Translations under genes and position numbers: made by a program
The notes under the pieces: generated by a model
Database searches by the model: none
What the model saw: the letters and a program-made list of their open reading frames with translations, nothing else
Told to the model about the DNA's origin: nothing
In this document: positions 20,771-30,147 of the stretch, one piece after another
Numbering within the stretch: the first letter of the stretch is position 1
Layout: each line of letters begins with the position of its first letter
Origin: Minisyncoccia bacterium
GTDB lineage: Bacteria; Patescibacteriota; Minisyncoccia; Phycocordibacterales; DATDWN01
Assembly: GCA_965661755.1 (NCBI GenBank)
Contig: CBFIEZ010000001.1
Location: forward strand, 1 to 40,238
Length of the DNA stretch: 40,238 nucleotides
Reading direction: 5' to 3'

Positions 20771-21271
20771 ATGGCTATGTCATCATCACGCGACTGGTGT
20801 GTCAATCTTAGGACTCAAGAGGATTATGACGCCTTCATGTTCTGGTGTGAAAGAAACTGATTGATGTGGTGTGGTAATAGACCAGCACTCTATCAGAACA
20901 ACTGGATAAATTATGGTCCAGATACCTGTGTTTCTTACTCTGATTGAGAACTATGATATTGTAACATTAGTTACTACATGACTAGGTTTATGATAGAGAG
21001 ACCTAGAGATATAATGGAAAGATTTGATTGAGTATATCGTTGATATAATAGAAAACCAACAAGAGATCCACTTATGGAAGAATACACAACATGATTCCAT
21101 AGAGAGCACGAACAATCTATGAAATCAAAACGTTCTGCTAATGATACTATGATGATCGTGGATGAGTTATCAGAAATGCCAAAGGAAAAGAAGAAAGAAG
21201 AAAAGAAAACTGTTATTGATCTCCTTTGAAAGACAAGGAGGAAAAAGATTGTTTTAGATTCTAATTTATAA
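20771..21271 (+). CDS. Hypothetical protein (166 aa), paralog of 22991..23419
   Basis: 8 in-frame TGA, checked codon by codon. Shares the block TQ[ED][DE]YD.[FY]M.W.E..G..W with its paralog. Confidence 0.5.
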
Positions 21272-21278
21272 TAGACAC

Positions 21279-21572
21279 ATGGAAGGAACTAGATTATTTG
21301 ACAAGTTGTATGATGCAGGAACTGAAACTCTCAAGAAGCTCTCTAAGCCACTAAAGGAAAGAAGTCTCAAGAGAAAGTTCCAAAGTTGTTTTGATGATGC
21401 TACTAAGAAAATGGAAGATGCTGAATTGGCAATCAATGATCTCCAGGAGAACCTTGACACCTATGACATCAACAAGATCTTAGAGTACAAGCTAGTCATA
21501 AAAGACTGCAAAGAGCTCAAGAATGAAATTGCTGAGGAGTACAAAACACTCTTTGGAGAAGAAATCAACTAA
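21279..21572 (+). CDS. Hypothetical protein (97 aa)
   Basis: ORF-track ORF ending in TAA followed by TAA. No TGA. Confidence 0.5.
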   Translation: MEGTRLFDKLYDAGTETLKKLSKPLKERSLKRKFQSCFDDATKKMEDAELAINDLQENLDTYDINKILEYKLVIKDCKELKNEIAEEYKTLFGEEIN

Positions 21573-21578
21573 TAAACT

Positions 21579-21719
21579 TCTATCCCTATTTGGGGTAGAT
21601 GACGAGAGAATGCTGAAAGAGCCTTGGGACTAGGGATGCATACCTTATTTCATTAGAGGACTTTGATCCTGGCGAGCCTATTCTCTCATCATCTACCTTC
21701 ATGGTAGTTTTATATTCTA
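21579..21719 (+). ncRNA. Hairpin-flanked structured RNA cassette A, a degenerate tRNA-derived element
   Basis: 5' hairpin TCTATCCC/GGGGTAGA. Then an 18-bp closing stem GGTAGATGACGAGAGAAT/ATTCTCTCATCATCTACC with one mismatch, enclosing about 66 nt. Then a 3' hairpin CTACC-TTCAT-GGTAG followed by a T-rich tail. Confidence 0.35.
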
Positions 21720-21734
21720 TACTCCCTATACGAG

Positions 21735-22331
21735 ATGAGAAAACAACAGAATGATGTAACGTATGTAACTATTAAGAACAACAAAGACGAAAATCCAAAG
21801 CCAAGATTCTACATTGAGGATGTTGACTACAGTAGCATCTCAGGAGAACTTGTGTCTATCTGAACTGAAAGAAAAGAAATCACTCCTACAACTGGAGAAA
21901 ATGCATGAAAGAGAATTACCATCCACAATCTTCTGCTAGGAATAGTAGACCATGATGGAGAGATGCAGGTACAAGTATCACTCTATTCATCACTTGCTAG
22001 AAATGCTATCAATGCACTAGCTGGACCAGATGAACTATGAGAGGTGTTCTTATCTGTTTACAAGAACAAGAACGGATTTAGATGTATGTCTGTTAAAAAG
22101 TCAGAGGGCAAAGAAGACTGGTATACACCATTCTATGACCGAGAGACAGAAGCAGGAATGCTTGAAACTAAAACTGAGAAAGGAGAAGAAAAGAAAGATT
22201 ATGATAAATTGACTGATAAATATGTTAAAGAGCTCATCCCTATCATCATTGAGAAGATAGAGAAAAGAGATGCAACAAAACCATCATCAGAAGTTGCTGA
22301 TGATTTATCTAATGATGACCTACCATTCTAA
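21735..22331 (+). CDS. Putative ssDNA-binding protein (198 aa)
   Basis: 3 in-frame TGA, checked. The acidic C-terminal tail ends in ...SNDDLPF, the SSB-type interaction tail. It lies in the replication module. Confidence 0.5.
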
Positions 22332-22741
22332 TGAGGAAAGTAGAAGAAATCTTGGGTAGCCTTGAGGCTATCCTCTCACAAGGGATAGATACCTATTCCA
22401 GAGCAGATCAACAATCAATCATTCAGCTTAGGGATGAGTTCATCCCATATAAGGCTGCAGCAAGAAGGAATGAAAGACAAGCAAGAAGTAATAGAGATAA
22501 GTATTGGGCAGAAAGGACAATCATCCTCAAAAATGAAAAGAATGAGGCTGGGAAATCTATGTACACACAAGTTGAGTATGAAGGAATGATAACTCTTGAT
22601 CCTAAATATATTGAGCTTATGGAAGCACTTAGCTTGGCTGTCTATGAGAACTCATTGTATGATGACAAACTTAGCACCTTCAATGATGCTATCACTCTCA
22701 TAAGAGATGCCATCAAAGATACAGAGGTTAGATCAGCATAG
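22331..22741 (+). CDS. Hypothetical protein (136 aa)
   Basis: ORF-track ORF. Its ATG overlaps the upstream TAA. Confidence 0.5.
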   Translation: MRKVEEILGSLEAILSQGIDTYSRADQQSIIQLRDEFIPYKAAARRNERQARSNRDKYWAERTIILKNEKNEAGKSMYTQVEYEGMITLDPKYIELMEALSLAVYENSLYDDKLSTFNDAITLIRDAIKDTEVRSA

Positions 22742-22768
22742 TCTTTAATAATTAACCAAATATAGAGA

Positions 22769-22960
22769 ATGAAAGCATTGATAGTCTCTGCTGTTCTAGC
22801 TGTTGTATTCTGACTAATAGCACTCATCTCATGGATCTTAATGTTAGCATGGAATTATGGTGTAGCAAATCTCTTTGAAGTAAAACAGATGACCTTTTGG
22901 GTAGCATTCTGGATCATAGTTCTTCTCTCAATTGTAGGAAGCTATTTCAGAAAGAAGTAA
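22769..22960 (+). CDS. Small membrane protein with two predicted TM segments (63 aa)
   Basis: ATG 22769 to TAA 22958-22960, one TGA. Two hydrophobic stretches are visible. Confidence 0.4.
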
Positions 22961-22990
22961 CACCATTTATTCTTTAATAAAACTTCACGC

Positions 22991-23419
22991 ATGAAGAAAG
23001 AAAAAATTGCTCCAAAGATAGCAGTATTGCTAAAAACTCAAGATGAATATGACCTCTATATGAAATGGGCTGAAAAGAAGTGATATAAATGGGCTACTTG
23101 AGCTGTACCAACAGAAGGAAATGAGTGGACAGAGTTTAAGAATGAGACTGTTGTGGTATGTGGAGACACATTATCATATGGAGGAAGCAGCCAGGCTTGC
23201 TTTGACTGATACACTATTCTCTCTCTCAAGGAAGCTACAGGACTCAAAGCAAAAGTGACTTATGCTGTTGGATATGTGAGAAATGATGGAACAAGATTTA
23301 CTAAAAATACTATTGATAGTGTTGAAGTAAGCATCTTGGAGACATCACTAAAGCATCATTCAAGTGAAGCAAAGAGAATAAATGCATTACTTAGAGCTCA
23401 TAGAAACTTGAAGTTCTAA
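22991..23419 (+). CDS. Hypothetical protein (142 aa), paralog of 20771..21271
   Basis: 3 in-frame TGA, checked. The shared N-terminal block includes a TGA at the same aligned position (EKK[TGA]YKW versus ERN[TGA]LMW). Confidence 0.5.
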
Positions 23420-23445
23420 CTCTATCCCCTACTAGGGGTAGAAAT

Positions 23446-23530
23446 GATTGGTATAGCTTATTGGGGTAGAGCGTGCAGTGCACAATCAAACAGGAAAAGC
23501 AAGAGGTGGGTTCGAGTCCTACTACTAATC
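23446..23530 (+). ncRNA. tRNA-like element B, which lacks an anticodon arm; it sits in a hairpin-flanked cassette spanning 23421-23560
   Basis: Acceptor stem ATTGGTA/TACTAAT (extendable to 8 bp), D arm GCT-TATTGGGGTAG-AGC, and T arm GTGGG-TTCGAGT-CCTAC are all canonical. The 33 nt between the D and T arms form no 5-bp stem with a 7-nt loop at any register. The flanks are homologous to cassette A. Confidence 0.45.
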
Positions 23531-23573
23531 ATCTCTACCTTTATGGTAGCTTTACATTCTAATCTGTATTCAG

Positions 23574-23906
23574 ATGGAAAAAATTAAACAAATTATCAAA
23601 AGACCAGCCTTTATTGGTGTATGTATCTTCCTTGGTATGCTAGGGTGTGGTATGTGGTATGGAATTGCATTGTGAAATGCAAGAGCAAAAGATGACAAGC
23701 CTATTGATCCGGTCACTATCAATAATGCAAGAATCAATGAGATAGACCACTCAATACAAGACAACACTAAGACAATAAGCGATGCCCAAACTATCATTGA
23801 TGCACAAACCAAGATCAAAGACAATGCATCTAGTGGTAGCAAAGCACTTATCATAGAGAAGGAGAAGCTATTAGACGCTAATGCAAAGATTATCTCCTCA
23901 AAATAA
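23574..23906 (+). CDS. Membrane-anchored coiled-coil protein (110 aa), possibly lysis-associated
   Basis: N-terminal TM segment, one TGA. It lies immediately upstream of the lysozyme-like gene. Confidence 0.4.
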
Positions 23907-23908
23907 CA

Positions 23909-24469
23909 ATGCCGTTGTCGACTCCGATACCTCCGGCAGATCCATCGGAAAGTAAAGTTATACAAAAAACTACCAACCAACCCGGGAAGGTTAAGCCAGT
24001 AGCTAAGCAGACTATAAGCAATCCAGATCAAAAGTCTACGTGAGATAAAGTTGATCTAATCCACCTATCAGACTACCAGGATGGACTAGCAACCTACCTC
24101 TATAGAAATTGCCTAAAAGCTATTGGTAATATAACTTGAGAATATAGCTGTGAAAATCAGCTCAAGACATTCACAACAGAGAATGGAGCTTGGAATCTAA
24201 ACACAGTAAGTGGCAAGAATAAGAATGGAACTAGAGACTATGGGCTCTGTCAACTCAATGGATGAAATGCTGTCTATAGAAAGTTCATAAACTCCCCTGA
24301 CTTCAAAGATCCCTACAAGCAATTAGATTATTGTTTGGAAATATGGATTGATGCAAAGAAAAGATGATCGATGCCATGGTTTTGACACCAAATGTATGAC
24401 TATCTCTACTCCTCTAAGCAAATGGCAAACAGACTTAGAGCAAGATGATATGTCAAAATTGTCTCATAG
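23909..24469 (+). CDS. Lysozyme-like muramidase, c-type (GH22-like) signature (186 aa)
   Basis: FTTENGAWNLNTVSGKNKNGTRDYGLCQLNG[TGA]N parallels [27 protein letters not shown] of c-type lysozymes; both the Glu and the Asp are present. 6 in-frame TGA, checked. Confidence 0.55.
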
Positions 24470-24485
24470 TTTTAGCACTCTCATA

Positions 24486-25559
24486 ATGTCTAATTATATG
24501 TTCAAATATATCTGGAATCTAAGAGATTCAGTTTTCACGAAGGATAAAGGGAAGGTATTTAGTTGTTTTGCTTGTGGTGGAGGCTCTACAATGGGCTACA
24601 AACTGGCTTGATTTGATGTCATTTGATGCAATGAGATCGATAAGAAGATGATGGACTGCTATGTGTCCAATCATCATCCGAAATACAACTATTTGGAAGA
24701 TATTAGAGTTTTCAAGGATAGGGATGACCTGCCTGAGGAGCTCTACCATTTAGACATTTTGGATGGCTCTCCTCCATGTAGTAGTTTCTCCATGGCTGGG
24801 AATAGAGAGAAGGACCGATGAAAAGAGAAAAAGTTCAGGGAATGACAAGAACTCCAAACTCTAGACAATCTATTCTTTGACTTCATAGAGCTTGCAAAGA
24901 AGCTCCAACCTAAAGTGGTAATAGCTGAAAATGTGAAATGATTGCTCATCTGAAATGCAGTCGACTATGTGAAAAGGATCTACAAAGACTTCAATGAGGC
25001 ATGATATGAGGTGGAACACTACCTGCTCAACTCCAAAGATATGGGAGTACCACAAGCAAGAGAAAGAGTCTTTTTCATAGCTATTAGAAAGGATCTAATA
25101 GCATGAATGGGCTTGCCATCAATTGATATGTTCAAGAACTACCCTCAACTAGATCTTACCTTCAATGAGAAGGAGATCCCCTATGAGGAGATAGAAAACA
25201 AGGAGAAAGAGTTTGAGGAATGAAAGCATATCCCTGAATGAATACTCCCCTTTTGGGAGCAAATCAAACCAGGGAGGAGTTGTTCAGACGTACACCCTAA
25301 GTGACATTACTTCCAAGAGCTCAAACTTCATCCTAAAAAGCCTCTCCCTACTCTTAGGGCATGAAGCAATAGTTACTACCACTATGAGAAGCCAAGAAGA
25401 CTATTTAATGATGAGATCATCAAAGGACAATCCTTCCCTAGTGATTATGACTTTAGGAAATCACAACCAATCTACATTTGTTGAATGTCAGTTCCTCCTG
25501 TAATGGTGGCACAAATAGCATCTAGAGTCTACAGCCAATGGCTTACCAAGATTGCATAG
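24486..25559 (+). CDS. DNA (cytosine-5) methyltransferase (357 aa)
   Basis: Motif I FACGGG..G..LA[TGA]F; motif IV GSPPCSSFS; motif VI AENVK[TGA]LL; motif VIII QARERVF; motif X C[TGA]MSVPP. 13 in-frame TGA, checked. The start could be up to 36 nt upstream. Confidence 0.85.
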
Positions 25560-25576
25560 CACTTATTTTATTCTTT

Positions 25577-26182
25577 ATGAAACGTGTAATGTTTAACGCA
25601 CATAAACTATTCACAGGTATTGCAAAGCTCTTTGAGCCTAAAAAGAAGAAGTATGTAAAAGGTGGAAAAAAGTATATCCCAAGACCCAAGAGATCAAAGT
25701 ATGAAAAGTATTGGGTAAATCAAAAGATCCCCTTCTCTGAAATCCCAAAAGTAAAGGAATTAAGAAAGACTCATACTCTCCAGGAAATTGCTGACATATA
25801 CCAAGTTAGTAGAGAGAGAATAAGACAAATATGCTGAGGTAGAGTCCTAAATGTTAAGAAAGAAACAAGAGAAAAATTGGAAGAAATAAGGAAGTATGCT
25901 AAAACTCACACACTTAAAGAGATCTATGATAAGTACCATGTAACAGCACAAACCCTCAAGCATCACAATATGGAGTATATTGTTACGAAGAAGATCTATG
26001 AGATATTTGATGGGTATGACCTTATAGGTCTCCTAGAAACATACACATACAAAGAAGTAGCCCAGATGTTCAATGTGTCTATCTGAAATGTCCAATATGC
26101 AAGAGATGTAATACTTGGATTAGGGAAGAGATCAGGCACTTTATCATCTAAAAAGGCTAAATGAAACTCAAACTTATCTTAG
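25577..26182 (+). CDS. DNA-binding protein with three sigma-70 region-4-like HTH repeats (201 aa)
   Basis: HTLQEIADIYQVSRERIRQI, HTLKEIYDKYHVTAQTLKHH and YTYKEVAQMFNVSI[TGA]NVQYAR. 3 in-frame TGA. The 3' end overlaps the next gene by 22 nt. Confidence 0.55.
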
Positions 26183-27447
26183 ACACGCCTAATTACTGTG
26201 CAACAGTAGTAAAGGTCAACAATCTTATTCCACTTGCGTGATGTGATAATGTAGTATGATTCTCTATATTTGGCTTCCAGGCAATTGTAAGTAAAGATAC
26301 TAAGATAGGAGATTATGGGATTATATTTACTGCAGAAACCCAGTTATCTGAGGACTTCTGTAAGAAAAATAATCTCTATAGACATGCCGGATTAAATGAT
26401 GACCCAACCCAAAAAGGTTATGTAGAAGACAATAGGAGGGTGAAAGCTATGAAGTTCAGAGGACACAGATCCTCTGCTCTCTTTATGCCTCTCCAGTCTC
26501 TACTCTATATTCCCTCAACAGAATGAGAGGAGTTTGAGGAGTGAGTGTCTTTCAATCATCTTAATGGTGTAGAGGTTTGCAAAAAATATGTTGTTCATAC
26601 TAGAGAGGGAAGACAAAATCATATAGCTGGGAAGACAAAGAAGTTTGAAAGAATAGACTGCAAAACCTTCCCTGAGCATCTTGATTCTGACAACTACTTT
26701 AGGAATGCCCATATGTACCAACCAGGAGATCAGATCATTGTAACACAAAAACTCCATGGGACATCAGGTAGATTTGGAAACGTGAAAGTAAGGAGAAAGC
26801 TATGACTCTTTGAAAAGATCCTCAAGAAGCTATGAGTGAAAATTAGTGAGATAGAATATGACTACATAGCAGGATCTAGGAGAGTTATTAAGGATGCAAA
26901 ATCAGAAAGAGAGTTCACTCACTACTACTCCTCTGATGTGTGGAATGAGATGCTTGAAAAGATCAAGACCCTCATCCCTAAAGACTACATCATCTATGGA
27001 GAGATTGTAGGTTGGACAGGAGAGAAACCAATCCAGAAGGGGTATACATATAAGATCCCTAAGTGAGAGAATGAGCTCTACATCTATAGGATCTCTATTG
27101 TGAATGATGATGGAGTTGCAACCGATCTTTCATGGAGTGCTATCTTGCATTTCTGTGAGATGACAGGTCTAAAGGCTGTTCCTACCTTTGAGATAATGAC
27201 ACATGAAAAGTTTGAGGCATCACAATTCCTAGATAAGATATTTAGTGAGATGTACCCTCAAGCACTTCCTTTGGATCCAGAGTCTCCATGTGATGAGTGA
27301 GTATGTCTAAGAAGGGAATCTTTATTGCCATATATCACTAAAGCAAAGTCTCCGAACTTCTTTGAGTTTGAGTCTAAGCAACTTGATACATGAGAAGAAG
27401 ATATAGAAAGTTTAGAATCTAATACACCATCACTTGATGATAAATAA
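26161..27447 (+). CDS. RNA ligase, Rnl2/RNA_ligase-family nucleotidyltransferase (428 aa)
   Basis: Motif I TQKLHGTSGRF (K-x-H-G), YGEIVG, motif IV CDE[TGA]VCLRRE, motif V TKAKSPNF. 9 in-frame TGA, checked codon by codon. Confidence 0.7.
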
Positions 27448-28012
27448 TTTTGATTCTTTTGGGTTTGAGTTTGTAGAGTGAGAGTTTTATTTCTTCCAGA
27501 TTCTTGATAGAAGTAAGTCTGGAGGAAATAACAAAACCCGCTGTATCAAGTCATATTATATCGACAACCAGGAGTTCTTTGACAAGAAGAAACCTGAGAT
27601 GATAGAGCTTGCTGATACAACAAAGAGCAGAGTCTATGTCCATCCGGCCAGGAGAAGGAAAGACAAAATAGCTCTTGAACTCCTCTCCTATGTTGCTGAC
27701 TGCATAAATTATGGGGAGCTAGATAGGGTCTGGAGATGATATGAAACTGTTTGTTGAAGAAACCATGGAGTCAAAAAGATGTGGATTGTGGATGTAGATA
27801 GCAATGAAACAGTAGAGGTAAGAAATGCTATTGCTCATATTAAAGACATCCAACCATTCAGAGTGCCTGCAAAGATAGTCAACACAGTCAATTGAGTGCA
27901 TCTCATATATGAGGGATGATTTGATAGGACAAAGTACAAGCTGAAATGGGATATACAGACCAATAATCCAACAGTTATTTATTCCTCAGAAACTCCAAAA
28001 TGAGAGCTATAA
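27437..28012 (+). CDS. Hypothetical protein (191 aa) wedged between the RNA ligase and Pnkp genes
   Basis: It overlaps the ligase gene by 11 nt and the Pnkp gene by 13 nt. 6 in-frame TGA, checked. Motifs WIVDVD and N[TGA]VHLIY. Function unknown. Confidence 0.5.
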
Positions 28013-28872
28013 TACTCAAAGGAATCCCCTCTTGTGGGAAAAGTACAAAGGCTATAGAGCTAGAAAAAGAGTGATATGTCAGAATCAATAGAGACACAAT
28101 TAGAGAAGAAAATCCTGATATGTCTGAGGATGATGTAAGGCACTACAAAAATAGGATGATAACAGATGCTCATGCTGCAGGCTTGAATATTGTAATTGAT
28201 GACACAAACATCAATCCAAATACCCTAGAAAAAACAAAGAAGTTCCTAGAGGCTCTTGCATATGAAACAGAGGTCTTTGATTGCTTTGATGCTGTAATAA
28301 AGGAATGGATAGATGCTCCAGTAGCTCTAGGACAATGTATCACTTGGAACACTAAGAGAGAAAAGTATGTGCCGGAGAGTGTGATATATGACATGTACCT
28401 CCAGGATGATAGGCTCTTAGATAAGAAAGATGTTGTGATTATAGATCTAGATGGGACTCTCTACAATATCGATCATAGATTAGAGTTTGTGACTAATGGA
28501 AAAAGAGATTGGGCACAATTTGAAAGCCAAGAAGAAATAGCAAAGGATCAGGTCTATGATGCTGTAAAGAAAGTAATTACATCACTCTATAACAAATATA
28601 GCATCATCCTTCTTAGTGGTCGTAAAAATAAGAATTGCAAGCAAACTGTAGCCAATCTTGAAAGAGATGGGATCAAATATGATGCCCTCCTAATGAGACA
28701 AACATGGGATAGCAAACCTGACTACCAAGTGAAGCAAGGATTTGTAGATCTCATCAAGAAAAACCACAACATCCTCTTTGCCTTTGATGATAGAAAGCAA
28801 GTGATAGATATGTGGAAGAAAAATGGAGTGTATGTGTTCAACTGTTGTCAAAAAGAAAGTAACGATTTTTAA
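28000..28872 (+). CDS. Polynucleotide 5'-kinase/3'-phosphatase, T4 Pnk-like (290 aa)
   Basis: N-terminal P-loop KGIPSCGKST and C-terminal HAD phosphatase motif IIDLDGTLYN...SGR...FDDR. One in-frame TGA. Confidence 0.8.
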
Positions 28873-28890
28873 TAGTAAACTATGATATAG

Positions 28891-29718
28891 ATGAAACTTA
28901 TAGGATCTACAGAAAAGAAATCAGGTGTGGCTCATCGTGCTATATTGCCAGATGGACATTATGTTGTAAGTGGCGGAAGATACCATGATGCAACTTTCCC
29001 TATGTTCTATGTTGGGAAGTATGATGAACTATGGAATAACAAAAAGAAAATTACTCCAGAAGATCGTGAGTGGTATGGTGCTAAAATCAAGCTAGACTTT
29101 GAAAGCTGTGATGTTTGATTGTATGAAGCAAGACTCAAACCAAGAGAAACTTGGCAATGAGGACAGTGAGTAGACAAGATCCAGTTTGTAGATATTGATA
29201 CATGAGCATACTACACAATGTCTGTTGAGGATCTATTGAACTTAATAAAAGGCTTGTGAGAGTGAATTGTGAAGGTAGACAAAGATGGAATAATTACAGC
29301 AAGAGTTTCTCCATTTACAAGATGAGGGACAACATTTCTTACTGTGTATACCAAGGAATTAAATGACAAAATAGTGAAAGATCGTGAAGCAGCTATAGAA
29401 AAGAAGAATAGCAAACTAAAGCTCTCTGATCTAAAGGTATGATATGTCTATGATAGATATGTTTATCTCTGAAAATGAGAGGTAACATTTAGTTATGGAA
29501 GGTCAAAAACATGACATATATTTGTAAGTTCATGGAAAAGAGAAAATAAGAGCACAGAGTATTCACTATATGAATCTGATATTACAGTTGGCTGTAAATC
29601 TCTTTGGAAGAAATATGGGAAAGCTACTGATCCTATAGAACATATAATAAATGCAGTAAAAAGAGATGCTAGCTATTATAGAGATCATGTAACCAATATC
29701 ACTCTTTTATCTAAATAA
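28891..29718 (+). CDS. Hypothetical protein (275 aa)
   Basis: It extends ORF 28891..29118 through 11 in-frame TGA to TAA 29716-29718. Confidence 0.5.
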
Positions 29719-29731
29719 CTATAGACCTAAA

Positions 29732-30004
29732 ATGGCAAGAAAAAAGAAGCTAGTCCCACTTACAGAGCAACAGAAGTATGATATATTTAAGGAGAAGTTT
29801 GATGAGCTTGTGAAATACTGATTAGAGATCTTCTTCTTTAAGGAGACTAATCTCACTACTGTGGAAAAAAGAACCTATAGCAATGTATCAGTAGGGAATA
29901 TGTCCTTTGATGAGTTCTGGAAACAGTTTCAGGCAAGCCTCACACAAAAAGATAAGCATAGAGCAACACACCATGAAATGTTCTTAAAAACATTTTGTAA
30001 ATAA
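29732..30004 (+). CDS. Hypothetical protein (90 aa)
   Basis: ATG 29732 to TAA 30002-30004, one TGA. Confidence 0.4.
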
Positions 30005-30147
30005 TGGATCAAGCAAAGGTCATGGACCAGTATATAAAAGAGAACCCAGACACTACCATTGCACAGTGGCTAGTGTTCTGGAAAGAGCTCTCTGAGGAGA
30101 TAGCAGCAATTTTACAAGCTAATGAAAATATACCATGAGTGAAGTAG
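30004..30147 (+). CDS. Hypothetical protein (47 aa)
   Basis: TAATG start overlap, ends in TAG. Confidence 0.3.

Noticed and set aside
21601-21694. A hammerhead or other small self-cleaving ribozyme in cassette A, suggested by CTGAAAGAG resembling CUGAUGAG.
   Set aside because: The core does not match: CUGANGA requires G at position 6, and no CGAAAC or GUC elements are present. I also recognised no match to twister or pistol consensus sequences.
23446-23530. The tRNA-like element as a UGA-reading tRNA (tRNA-Gly(UCA) or tRNA-Sec), because it contains AATCAAA and can form an 8-bp acceptor stem.
   Set aside because: No anticodon stem can be drawn around that sequence in any register. Position 33 would be A and not U. 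The D stem has 3-4 bp, not the 6 bp of tRNA-Sec. I found no tRNA with a UCA anticodon anywhere in the window.
26161-26182. The TGA at 26162-26164 as the real stop of the HTH gene, just where the ligase ATG begins.
   Set aside because: Given genome-wide sense decoding of TGA, the ORF most simply continues to TAG 26180-26182. Context-dependent termination cannot be excluded, but it is not needed.
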